This document shows positions 20,529-31,039 of a stretch of 64,000 nt of DNA, in pieces (the first letter of the stretch is position 1; each line of letters starts with the position of its first letter). The translations under genes were made by a program, and so were the position numbers. Below the pieces are notes generated by a model. That model worked only from the letters and a program-made list of their open reading frames with translations. It was not told the DNA's origin and did no database searches. Location: NCBI RefSeq assembly GCF_054482595.1, contig NZ_CM137008.1; one strand, 5' to 3'.

Positions 20529-21665
20529 TTAAAAATTAAGTTCATACCTATCAATTACACCATTTTTTATTCTGTAAATAACATTAGATGAAATTGACTC
20601 AAAGTAAACATACCCAACTGCTTGGATTATATTTATTAGCATGCAAGAAAATGAAACAATGAATAGTGGCAGCGAGGATGTGTTGTAGTTTACCAGGTAA
20701 ATAAATTCGCCATAATACAATGGCCCACACATTGCGAGTGCTAATGATATAAATAAAAAACCTTTTATTGCTTTAATTAAAAATATAGAGGCGTTTATTT
20801 GTTTTCTTATCTTTTCATCGCCTAAGAGATAAAGGTTGAAATCTTGAGATTTTGTTGTGTCCACTGAGAAGATATTAAGAATATGTGGGTATATCAATGA
20901 TATATCCTTTGTTTTCATAAGATTCATCATCTCTATTCTCCGCGTGACGAACAGTGAACCCAACCAAAAAACCATGAATACAGGCATAGCATAACTAGCT
21001 ATTTTGGCTATACTTATCAATGATACACTAGATGCCATGTCACCTATTTTAAATGGGATAATTAAGGTTGATTCTATGTTGACTATCTCTATCTTTGAAT
21101 TACTCTCATCTTTTATTTTTCCATCCAACCAGTTCATTGCATCATGATAGTTTGCGATTTTATCTTTTTCAGGAAGGGCCGATTCTATTTTATCCCTTAC
21201 AATATAGCCCACACTTGATTTTTCAATCTCTTTTTTCAACACATCGTACATAAAGTATTTTAACTCATTAATTGAACTCACCTCATCAAGGTCTATTTCA
21301 CGCAATCCCTCATTTATCATTTTTTTTCTAATGGAAAAGAATTCATTTTCTATTTCTGATTTATATCTTACTGTGTCCATCTCTGATTTATTTATTCTTT
21401 TTCGAAAGTCTAGAATATCAGATACGCTTTCATTAACAGCTGAAATTTGTGTTTCGATAAATTCTATTTTTCTTCTTTTTGTTTCAATTTGTTGTTTTAT
21501 ATCTTTGTATGAGGTTATTAAAGCAAATAGGTTTTGGCTGCTTAATGTAATTAATAAAGAGCAGGTGAGGAAACTAAAAATAACAACAACAATACTCATG
21601 TATAATAATCTATCAAATCTCTTTCCCAGTTCGTACAACCTATCCACTATTCTTCTCACTTTCAA
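20529..21665 (-). CDS. Membrane protein with N-terminal TM, central coiled-coil-like region and C-terminal TM cluster; function unknown
   Basis: 378-aa ORF in very AT-rich DNA; start uncertain (TTG 21665, GTG 21644 with GAGAAG upstream, or ATG 21599). Confidence 0.55.
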   Translation of the reverse strand: MKVRRIVDRLYELGKRFDRLLYMSIVVVIFSFLTCSLLITLSSQNLFALITSYKDIKQQIETKRRKIEFIETQISAVNESVSDILDFRKRINKSEMDTVRYKSEIENEFFSIRKKMINEGLREIDLDEVSSINELKYFMYDVLKKEIEKSSVGYIVRDKIESALPEKDKIANYHDAMNWLDGKIKDESNSKIEIVNIESTLIIPFKIGDMASSVSLISIAKIASYAMPVFMVFWLGSLFVTRRIEMMNLMKTKDISLIYPHILNIFSVDTTKSQDFNLYLLGDEKIRKQINASIFLIKAIKGFLFISLALAMCGPLYYGEFIYLVNYNTSSLPLFIVSFSCMLINIIQAVGYVYFESISSNVIYRIKNGVIDRYELNF

Positions 21666-22508
21666 AGGCGATATAGATAGGTTATATCATGCCTTCATCT
21701 TTTGAACTAAACAATCTATATCAGATAACAGTTCTCTTCGCAGTTGTGTCCCTACTCTTTGGTGGCCCGTAGGCTCCTGAGCTGGACATCGTGCGGGACT
21801 ACCTCACAGTCAATTGTAAGCAGTAAAGAGGAACGAGAACCATTCATAGAGCCTAACACACTAAATGCCGCATTGAATCCCACGACTCGGCACGATCAAC
21901 GTAAGATAATCGGAGCTTGCTGCATGGTGACAAATGGAAAATGTGAAGGTAAAGAAAACGACATTACTAACTGACGTTTGTATCTAACACTGGGGACAGG
22001 TCACCTTGAATCGATGGAAGTCTCATTATTCAGAAGCCGTGCTTCTCAGGGTTCTCCTGCAGTGGATAGTTTGTACGATTTGCTCCTCCGGACACTACGG
22101 GCCAGAAAAGTTGAAAATTGAGACTATGTACCAGGTGCCTCAACGTCCGCTCATCGCTCACAACGGACCTTCAGCTCAGCCGCTCCGGCCGCTTCATGCA
22201 ATGAATGTACGCAGCCAGTCAGAATATTAAGGTGCGGATTTCAGTTCACTTGTCAGCCCTGTGATGCAACAAGTTGCGGCTCCGGTTCGTGGGAGAGATG
22301 AAACGACGGTAGCTGAAGTTACTGAAATGAAGAATTCAGAGAGACTGAATGATATGCCTCACCTTTAGTGAATAGTGTAAAAACGGGAGACTCTCACCCG
22401 GGATTATCCACTCATGCTCAATGTATAATTTTCGTGTCCCTCACAGGTAAGGGCCGGATACATTTGTTGAGTACGCTGCAGAATTGGTAATCGGGGACCC
22501 TGCCGTCT

Positions 22509-22721
22509 TTAACTCCGGGTCTTATGCTGCTCATTTGCCACAAAATCCAGGTGCGCCTGCTCAATCATTTCATTCAGCATTTTTTTTGGGGGGACACCAC
22601 GACTTCGGGCAATACTTTCAAGCTGTTTGTGGATTTTTCCGGACAGTTTCAGCGGGACGGAACCATCAGCACGTTCATCACGCCTTTTTTGTTGCTCCCT
22701 GGCACTTTTCAGTTCATCCAC
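22509..22721 (-). CDS. Small putative ribbon-helix-helix-like protein (70 aa)
   Basis: Charged small protein with VPLKLSGKIHKQLESIARSRG pattern; overlapped by plus-strand ORFs, so coding status is uncertain. Confidence 0.3.
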   Translation of the reverse strand: MDELKSAREQQKRRDERADGSVPLKLSGKIHKQLESIARSRGVPPKKMLNEMIEQAHLDFVANEQHKTRS

Positions 22722-24429
22722 AATATAGCTGCTCTTCTCGCATTTTTGCCGATTTTAAAAATGCGAACAAAACATCCGTACATGATGTACAGATTAAACT
22801 GCCAGGGACTGGTGTCAGAAAACCTCCGGTTAGCCTGCTCTTTCCGGAATGTGCCGGTTATGAAAAACCGGAAATTCAGTCTCTGTTGTAAGATGTACCC
22901 TCTGATACTACGTTTTCGTTTTCTCTGTGTATTTAACTCACTGTATTTATTTTCTTTTTAAGCCTGACTGATATTCTCCGGTCATAGTGTGCCTGATAGA
23001 CATCCCGTAACCTTCTCATTTTTATATAAAAATACCTGCACTGTCTTCAGCGCATCTGTCTCCTTTAAGTAAAAAATGTTTTCACGTATTGCTGTAAATT
23101 CATTTTAAATCAGTATGTTATCCTGATATTGCTGTCTCCTGGTTTGATGCGTAATCGTTCTGCCTTTCTGGATGATTCTGGTGCTTCCGGGTGCATTCTC
23201 CTCTGCACATGCAACAGTTCGTCATCGCCACGTGCCCAAAAGCATATAAAAACGAATCGAATCTGATCGTTTTTTCAATCGTTTTTCACAGGAATTTCGT
23301 AGGGTGTTCTCCGCTATAGCCTCCATATTTGCTGTCTTTTTCTTCATAAATCGTATGCAATATAACCAGTCTGTCAAGACATCTTCCCTGCTGTTGAGGT
23401 GACGATCTCATTTCTGGTCTTTTCCGGGAGAGAGACGGTCAGATGAGCGAGCCGGATTTACTGCCAGAGGTACTCCCCGCGGCAGAAAATAGTGCTCCTG
23501 TTTCCGCAATCCGGGATCGGCAACGTCCCATGGTTAATGCCACTTGCAGCGTCAGGCACTGCAGGTTTACGTCGTGATCTGATTTCTTCTGCACTTATCC
23601 CGATCACGGAAGTTCCCCCTGCGCAGACATCGGTTCCTGCCGACATCTCACAATACCGCCAGGCAGTCATGCAGTAACACCCGCAATGCGGTCTGCGGTT
23701 TTAAGCGCACTCTCCTGTATTCAGTGCACCGATAATGCATCATAGAAAGTCCGGGGGGAGTTACTGAATGTCTGTTAAGTGGTGCCGTGGGTGGAGACTG
23801 CTTACTTTTCCACAGTAACTGCAGTCATTCAGGATGCTCAGGAGAGAATATGTCAACGCCACGGGCCGGGCCATTTTCATGCCAGCCAGGATATTTTCAA
23901 TATTGATGCTGTCTGCTTTTCACCATTTCATCCTCACTGACTGATGTTGTATTTTTGTGCAGCACTACAGATTTGCGTTTCTCTTTTAACTGGTCACGCT
24001 CTCCTTTGATATTCAGCGTGGTTGAGTGATGCAGCAGTTGATTCAGGATTGCTGTTGCCCTGCAACCACCATATCAACTTCTTCCCGGCATGCCGGCGCT
24101 GGTATCCAGGCCGGGTTTCGAAGTGAAGCGTTCCTGACGGACTCATTGATATCCGGGCCGGATGTAGTCATGCAGCATGGAACGTCTACCCGTATACACT
24201 GACGGCGTCCGGCCGTGTACATCTCTTCCGCGGTTCAGGGAGCGCTGTCGCCATGTACTTATTGTCACCAGGAGAGGCATGTACCGCAGCATGCCAGCTC
24301 AGCAGTGACAGGATGCCCTTAAGACATCCGTCATGGCTCAGTATGACGACGCCCCCGCTCTGCAGGTGAGCATGCGGGGCCGGGAGCAGCATTCCCGTAT
24401 TTTGCCGCACCTTCCGGAAGCAACCGGCA

Positions 24430-25047
24430 TCAGTTACGGTTATCGTCAACCGTTGTGCGGTATGCCAGGAGCACGTACTGATCCATCAGATCCGCCAGTG
24501 CTGCGTTCTGCTTCTGACGGTCGATGATCCATTCCCCCAGCTCTTTTTCTGATTTACGTTTCAGGTTCTCCGTCCAGTCGTCAAGGCTGTTTCCGGTCAT
24601 TAAATCAAGCCAGCAAAGCCAGACCAGTTTGAGGCGCAACTCAGTGCCACCAAACTGACGGAAGAGGCTGATCAGTTTATTTGCCAGAGAACGCCGCCTC
24701 AGACGTTCACATTCAGACAGCAGAATGCCTTCCAGCATCGGATGATGAACCAGCAGATGTTCGCTGGTGCATAAGTTCACCACCAGATCATCATCCAGGG
24801 GCGGCGTGGCCCGTTTGTCAGAGCCATAAATCAGCCGGTGCAGACTCCGGGGGACGATGGCAATCTCCGGTTTTTCACCATTGAATGACACCCACCCGGG
24901 CGTCAGATTATGGAAGTAGTGGATATTCGGATGACATACGCCCCAGGATACGGCGTGCCGGGTGAAGCCGGTCAGCCATTTCTGGTAGCTTTCGTGGAGC
25001 AGCTCGTAACGGGTCTGATACTGTGGTTTCATTTTCATATTCCTCAC
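24430..25047 (-). CDS. Hypothetical protein (205 aa) downstream of alpA
   Basis: ORF co-oriented with the AlpA-like gene; not recognised. Confidence 0.5.
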   Translation of the reverse strand: MRNMKMKPQYQTRYELLHESYQKWLTGFTRHAVSWGVCHPNIHYFHNLTPGWVSFNGEKPEIAIVPRSLHRLIYGSDKRATPPLDDDLVVNLCTSEHLLVHHPMLEGILLSECERLRRRSLANKLISLFRQFGGTELRLKLVWLCWLDLMTGNSLDDWTENLKRKSEKELGEWIIDRQKQNAALADLMDQYVLLAYRTTVDDNRN

Positions 25048-25125
25048 GGGGGATAACAGGCAGCAGAACGCCGCCGGCAGGCCGGAGATTGCGTCTGCTG
25101 TGGGTGAAGGGGCAGTGGTTAAAAA

Positions 25126-25335
25126 TTACGGACGGGACTGTGCAATACGCGCCTGCAGCCAGGCTTCCACTTCACTTTTCAGCCAGCGGGAGCTGCGGCC
25201 AAGTTTGATGGGAGCCGGAAAGGCCCCATCCTTGATGAGCTTGTAAAACCACTTATCGGTCAGGCCGGTCAGCTGAGTGATAAACGCCATATCGACCATC
25301 TGGTCATCCATCAGCGAAACTGGGGGGGGGGTCAT
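25126..25335 (-). CDS. alpA: AlpA-family phage/island transcriptional regulator
   Basis: 69 aa with AlpA-type HTH (ITQLTGLTDKWFYKLIKDGAFPAPIKLGRSSRWLKSEVEAWL); codons 2-5 lie within a C10 homopolymer. Confidence 0.8.
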   Translation of the reverse strand: MTPPPVSLMDDQMVDMAFITQLTGLTDKWFYKLIKDGAFPAPIKLGRSSRWLKSEVEAWLQARIAQSRP

Positions 25336-26409
25336 AAAAATCTCCTCCGGATGTTGTTAATCTCAACCGGCGTTGATGATGAAAACAACGCACCACCTTC
25401 ACCGGCATAACAACCGGGGAGAAACGTAAAAAATCAGTAGGGGAATATTCCTGCCAGGAGAGAAACGGTTGTGTACAGGCAATACAGGTTGTCTGTTTTG
25501 TCAGTGAAGCCGGTATAAACGGAAGATGATTTTGTGTTGCCGGAATATGGGATGGTATTTTGTCGTGACGGAATCAGTATTTTCAGTGATGATTATTACT
25601 GCGCAGGGGAGTACCGGAGAGAAACCACGCCCTGTACCTGCCAGAGCGGTGGTTTGTATTGACTGAACGGAAGATAAAGCGAGGTAAACACTGTTGTGGT
25701 GAGCGGAGAAGACTGAGATTATTCTCTGTAATTACAAACAACAGTGATCTTATCCGGTTTTTTTACCGTTACGGGTTTCAGGGGATCAATTTTATAGACC
25801 GGGGTAATGACCACGCCGTAATTTATGGAGAAAAGCGGGATCCAGCAATAAACGTCAGGATATTTCTGTGTCTCCGGAATACCTTTTGTGCCAGAGGCCA
25901 TCAGATCTTTAACGCTCACGAAAAATGACTTCCGCAGATCAAAAAAGTACTCGTTATATATCACATCCTTTGCCAGCAGGATGACTGCATTACCAACAGC
26001 CGATTTTACAGGTGTTTCATCAGGTGGATTATCGTGATTGTATATTGTTCTTTCTATATAAATAAAACAGGCATATTTCGTCTTCTCCCCGGATAGTTGC
26101 ATCTGGTATTCGCAAATGTCTTTGATATACCGACTTTCAACCCTTCCAATCATCTTATCCCGGCGATAGTGTCTTTTATGTTTCAGCGCGTACAGAACAC
26201 CATTTGAACTGTCAAACTCCAGGACACTTCTGGTGAAAAGTTTGTTTTCCCAGATCTCCAGACAATACTTCTCTGCACTGACGACATTGCGTTTGTGGGG
26301 AAGATTCCGTTGATACACTCCATTTAATAAGCGTGACTGCAGTTCGCCTGCAAGTTGATAGTAACAGTTAATGTCATTAAGGACAGGTGCTGTGGCGTTG
26401 GATTTGCCC

Positions 26410-27315
26410 CTATATTTCCAGACACCTGTTATCACTTAACCCATTACTGGCTTGCTGCCGTAGATATTCCCGTGGCGAGCGATAACCCAGTGCACTATGC
26501 GGATGCCATTCGTTATAATGCTCGAATGCCTCTGCAAGGTTCTTTGCTGCCGTTAACCCGTCTGGTTTGGGCATGACACTGATGTAGTCACGCTTTATCG
26601 TTTTCACGAAGCTCTCTGCTATGCCGTTACTCTCCGGACTCCGCACCGCCGTGTTCTTCGGTTCAAGCCCCAACATCCGGGCAAACTGCCGTGTTTCATT
26701 AGCCCGGTAGCATGAACCATTATCCGTCAGCCACTCTACTGGAGACGCCGGAAGCTCGTTGCCGAAACGGCGTTCCACCGCTCCCAGCATGACGTCCTGT
26801 ACTGTTTCACTGTTGAAGCCGCCCGTAGTGACCGCCCAGTGCAGTGCCTCACGGTCACAGCAGTCCAGCGCGAACGTGACTCGCAGTTTTTCTCCGTTAT
26901 CACAGCGGAACTCGAACCCGTCAGAGCACCATCGCTGATTACTTTCTTTCACAGCCACTCTGCCGGTATGTGCCCGTTTCGATGGCGGTACAGCGGGTTT
27001 TCGCTCAAGCAACAGCGCATTCTGGCGCATGATCCGGTAAATACGTTTGGCATTGATCGCAGGCATACCATCAAGTTCGGCCTGTCTGCGAAGCAGCGCC
27101 CATACCCGACGATAACCATATGTGGGCAGCTCTCCGATAACATGGTGTATACGGAGAAGCACATCCGTATCATCTGAGTGACGGCTGCGGCGACCATCTT
27201 TCCAGTCATCGGTTCGTCTGAGAATGACGTGCAACTGCGCACGCGACACCCGGAGACAACGGCTGACTAAGCTTACTCCCCATCCCCGGGCAATAAGGGC
27301 GCGTGCGCTATCCAC
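26410..27315 (-). CDS. insD: IS2 transposase OrfB (InsD), normally expressed by frameshifting from orfA
   Basis: 301 aa with DDE catalytic core, matching IS2 InsD as recalled. Confidence 0.9.
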
Positions 27316-27638
27316 TTTTTTGCACGCCCGTATTCAACGGCTTCTTTAAGGAGTTCATTTTCCATCGTTTTTTTGCCGAGCAGGCGCTGGAGTTCTTTAA
27401 TCTGCTTCATGGCGGCAGCAAGTTCAGAGGCAGGAACGACCTGTTCTCCTGCGGCCACAGCAGTAAGACTTCCCTCCTGGTATTGCTTGCGCCAGAGAAA
27501 TAACTGGCTGGCTGCCACACCGTGTTGCCGGGCAACAAGGGAGACTGTCATTCCCGGTTCAAAACTCTGCTGAACAATAGCGATCTTTTCCTGTGTAGTA
27601 CGCCGTCTGCGTTTCTCCGGTCCTAAGACATCAATCAT
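27273..27638 (-). CDS. insC: IS2 transposase OrfA (InsC)
   Basis: [47 protein letters not shown]... matches IS2 InsC as recalled. Confidence 0.9.
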
Positions 27639-28180
27639 CTGCTCTCCAATGACTAGTCTAAAAACTAGTATTAAGACTATCACTTAAATAAGTGATATTG
27701 GTTGTCTGGAGATTCAGGGGGCCAGTCTAGGCGTTGAGTAATGTGTTGATTACCTTAGAGCGCGAAAGTTTGTGGGTATGACAGTACTCATCCACAATTC
27801 GCAGTGTCTCATCACTGGTCATATTGAAAGTTATACGTGTTGTCATGATGAAGTTTTCTGTTAATCATACTGGTTGATATGCATAACATTTCATAAAAAA
27901 TACTGTTAATTCATATAATTGATTTTTTGACTGGTTTTATCCTCGTGTGGTGGAAAGCAGTATTACTGCCACTGTAGTCAGCATAAATCTATCACACAGA
28001 ACCACCGAAAATGAAGCATTGCTCAGGGGGAAGCTGCCACTCGTATGAGTTCTCTGAACCATGATAACCAGTATTTTTCGTTTTGGGTGATTTGTTTATC
28101 GTTACAGCTACATACAGTTCATGTACCATTAAAAAATAATAAAGGTTAATTAGTATTATTTATAGAAGTATGTTTATGTA

Positions 28181-28480
28181 ATTCTACCGTGTAAATGAAC
28201 CCTGTAATTCTACCTTGTAAATACACCTTGTAACCAAGTCCTGTAGAAGTCTGTCTCATAGAGGTATCTGTGCAGTGATATTCTCTGTAGTAGTACTTGT
28301 AACTCTGTTCTTAACTCTCTCTTCAGTAATGTAGTCCCGCAACACCTGAATATAAATCTGTAATGTTCACACACTGACTGTAACGTGCTTTGTTAAGTAA
28401 TGTCTGCTATTTTTTTTCTGTTATTTTTCCTGTTGTTTTCTGTATTTTGTTGTATGGTGTAATAACTATTCTGAACCCGT
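28181..28480. repeat. Array of short phased YTGTA/CTGT-containing repeats in an ORF-poor AT-rich segment
   Basis: Tandem copies of CTGTAATTCTACC(G/T)TGTAAAT at 28181-28225, then recurring CTGTA/TGTAA/CTGTT motifs every 10-13 bp. Confidence 0.4.
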
Positions 28481-29262
28481 CATCACCTTTATAGCTAAGA
28501 GTATGACTTCGCCAGTGTTGATACTGTGGATAACGGTGATTAAGGAATTACTGTTAATGATCTGTTCCTGCAGCTCACCTGATGAGTTTTGGTAGTAATA
28601 CGTAAAAGAGTATGCCTCATGTCATTAAAAAGTCTTCCGGAGTGTTGTTTAACCCTGTACCTCTGTTACTCATGTAGTACGTTGCGGAAAGCTACGTTAA
28701 TTGTAATATCTGGTTATGGCGTTATGCCTTCAGTATTAAAAACATCTTTTACCGGAGAAACTGGGAAGTGGAAAGGCTTTCGGGATAACGTCAGGCCATT
28801 ATGACGATATTACGTTAATCACAGTACAAGATAACGAGAGGGTAATGGAATTTTAAACCAGAGTAGTTCCACTGTTGTTCACTGGAAAAAGTGATTTCCC
28901 ACGCGCGTTATAAGCTTACTCCAGAGGAGATGGAAGCCTTCAACTCTGCGGTCGATCACCGGCTGGCAGAACTGACCATGAACAAACTTTACGATCGTGT
29001 TCCCGCTTCAGTCTGGAAATATGTTACCTGATAAATGTTTCTGATGAAGTACAGTCGTCACAATGACATCACTTCAGATATTATCTGCGCTGTGATTGAC
29101 TGTCACGTATGCCGTTCTCTGTATGGTTCTGATACCCGGGTGTGGTCCCACTTTCTCTGTGGCGCCCGGGGAGTTGTGAACCTGCACGTCTTCGTGTGAT
29201 AACGTTTTCTTCAAAAATTACGCCAGCGCTTCTTCCTGTGTTACAGAACACGAGGAAGAAAC

Positions 29263-29862
29263 ATGAAGACTTACAACACCAATCCCGGTTACGAAATGGA
29301 TCCCCAGCTCCTGACACACTTTAACCAGCATCTGGATTCATTATTCGGGGTATATTCGAAACTGTTACCGTTCAGAATGGATTTTGCTTACCGAAAAAAC
29401 ACCCTCAGCTACAGATGTGCCTGCAGGTACGCCATGTGCGCGGAGATACTGCGACTGATTAACGAAGTGGGAGAGAAACTGGTCGGGTATGCCTGGGTAA
29501 TGGAATATACGGAACGTAAAGGGCTTCACATTCATTTTGTGGGCTATCTGAACGGTCAGAGCCACAGGAGTTCGTATCTGGTATCCAGATTGATGGGAGA
29601 TATCTGGAGGCGGGTTACCGGGGGTGATGGTTACTACCACTGGTGCCGGTTTAATAAAAATTATCCGGTAAACATTAACCACGTCATTCACTATTCAGAT
29701 CACAAAGCGGTGAATGCCTTACGCTATGCCCTCAGCTACCTGGCCAAACGAGAACAGAAAGAATGTGGCATCATCCTGAAATGCAGCGGGCTTCCTGAAA
29801 AAAGTAACCGGGGTCGACCGCGACTGGGCAGCACCCTGCCGGAGACTTATTCTCTGGTGTAA
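29263..29862 (+). CDS. Rep-like protein, putative inovirus Gp2 / YagK-YfjJ family (HIH motif)
   Basis: 199-aa ORF with GAGGAAG RBS; motif GLHIHFVGYLNG; shares a pattern with ORFs at 31511 and 47998. Confidence 0.5.
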   Translation: MKTYNTNPGYEMDPQLLTHFNQHLDSLFGVYSKLLPFRMDFAYRKNTLSYRCACRYAMCAEILRLINEVGEKLVGYAWVMEYTERKGLHIHFVGYLNGQSHRSSYLVSRLMGDIWRRVTGGDGYYHWCRFNKNYPVNINHVIHYSDHKAVNALRYALSYLAKREQKECGIILKCSGLPEKSNRGRPRLGSTLPETYSLV

Positions 29863-30233
29863 GACCCTGAACGACAACTACGGGCTGGCGCTAATTGTTA
29901 CGGTCGGTTCCGGAGGCCACTTCAGGGACTCTGCGCATTTTTTACGACATGGCTATTCCGTATGAACCATACGGAGATTTAACCATGGCACATTCTTTAC
30001 CATTCCTTCCGGCAACCGATACAGCGCATCCTCCGATGTCCATCCCTGCCTGCTGACAGTTTTTTACGCCGGTGGGCCATTGTGTGACAACCACAGTGCT
30101 GTAACAGCAACCAGCCTGCTTTACCCAAACTCCAGTCCAGATTTTAACTGAACCGCCATTCACACCCTGACCACACTGCCCGTACCGGGACAGCTGTTGC
30201 CTGCGTGTCGTCTGGCTGCTGAGGAATATGACG

Positions 30234-30617
30234 ATGTACGCAAAATCCTTTATTGCATTTGATGGCAACGGGCGTCTGACGGGTGCCCGTACCGCACAGA
30301 CTGCACCTTACGATCGCTACACTTGCCACCTTTGCGGCAGTGCGCTCAGATACCACCCGCAATACGACACTGAGCGTCCCTGGTTTGAACACACTGACAA
30401 CGGGCTGACGGAGCACGGTCAGCAGTGCCCTTATGTCAGACCGGAACGCAGGGAGATACAACTGATTAAGCGTTTGCAGCAATTCGTACCGGATGCCTTA
30501 CCCGTGGTGCGTAAAGCCAGCCGGCACTGCAGACAATGTCATCACGATTATTATGGGGAGCGGTACTGCACGCACAGCCATACCGGGCACTTCAGTGAGG
30601 AGGGGGTGGCAGAATGA
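30234..30617 (+). CDS. Cys-rich putative zinc-binding protein (paralog 1)
   Basis: CHLCGSALRYH...WFEHTD and CRQCHHDYYGERYC motifs; ATG 30234 has better RBS spacing than 30228. Confidence 0.5.
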   Translation: MYAKSFIAFDGNGRLTGARTAQTAPYDRYTCHLCGSALRYHPQYDTERPWFEHTDNGLTEHGQQCPYVRPERREIQLIKRLQQFVPDALPVVRKASRHCRQCHHDYYGERYCTHSHTGHFSEEGVAE

Positions 30618-31039
30618 ACGGTATAAAAACGGGGCTGGGGATCACGCCGGGTGAACACATTATCAGTGCTGATTCTGCGCTCAGCAGAAATATCCGGCAG
30701 TGTTTCTGCCTTTCCTGTCATGGCCGGTTGATTTTGCAGACAGATGCTCAGGGGGCGTGGTTTGAGCACGATTTACATGTCCTGAGCGAGCAACAGAAGG
30801 CAGCCTGCGTGGTGCTGAATCCGGAAAAGTCCCACCCTTACATTGAGGATATGGAGATGTTTTTATCGCCATTACCGGTCGTGCTGGAGTGGCATTGTGT
30901 GATGTGTGAGCAGTTTTTTCATGGGAAGAAATTCTGTGAGGCCTGTGGTACGGGGATTTATTGCAGAGCGGTATGTACGAAGTCTGTTTACAGCTACCAG
31001 CCAGACTTGTTTCAGGACTGCGGAGGTGCGAGTACTTAA
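30614..31039 (+). CDS. Cys-rich putative zinc-binding protein (paralog 2)
   Basis: CLSCHGRLILQ...WFEHD and CVMCEQ...CEACGTGIYC motifs; start overlaps the previous stop by 4 bp. Confidence 0.5.
   Translation: MNGIKTGLGITPGEHIISADSALSRNIRQCFCLSCHGRLILQTDAQGAWFEHDLHVLSEQQKAACVVLNPEKSHPYIEDMEMFLSPLPVVLEWHCVMCEQFFHGKKFCEACGTGIYCRAVCTKSVYSYQPDLFQDCGGAST

Larger units (their letters stand above)
26399..27729 (-). mobile_element. IS2 (IS3 family), 1331 bp, flanked by 5-bp target-site duplication GGCGT
   Basis: Terminal sequences TGGATTTGCCCCTAT... and ...GGGGGCCAGTCTA; orfA/orfB match IS2 InsC/InsD; GGCGT at 26394-26398 and 27730-27734. Confidence 0.95.
25719..27846 (-). pseudogene. Gene of unknown function (N-terminal RHH-like segment) interrupted by IS2
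   Basis: N-terminal 39 codons at 27846-27730 and the remainder from 26398 down to 25719; removing IS2 plus one TSD copy restores one continuous ORF. Confidence 0.65.

Noticed and set aside
21700-22500. Possible group II intron or retron non-coding RNA in the ORF-poor segment
   Set aside because: No reverse-transcriptase ORF is present nearby and I could not identify domain V-like or msr/msd-like structures by eye; left unannotated.
22961-24430. About 1.5 kb segment with only short overlapping ORFs
   Set aside because: No ORF has convincing length, RBS or composition; probably decayed genes or regulatory DNA of the island, not assigned.
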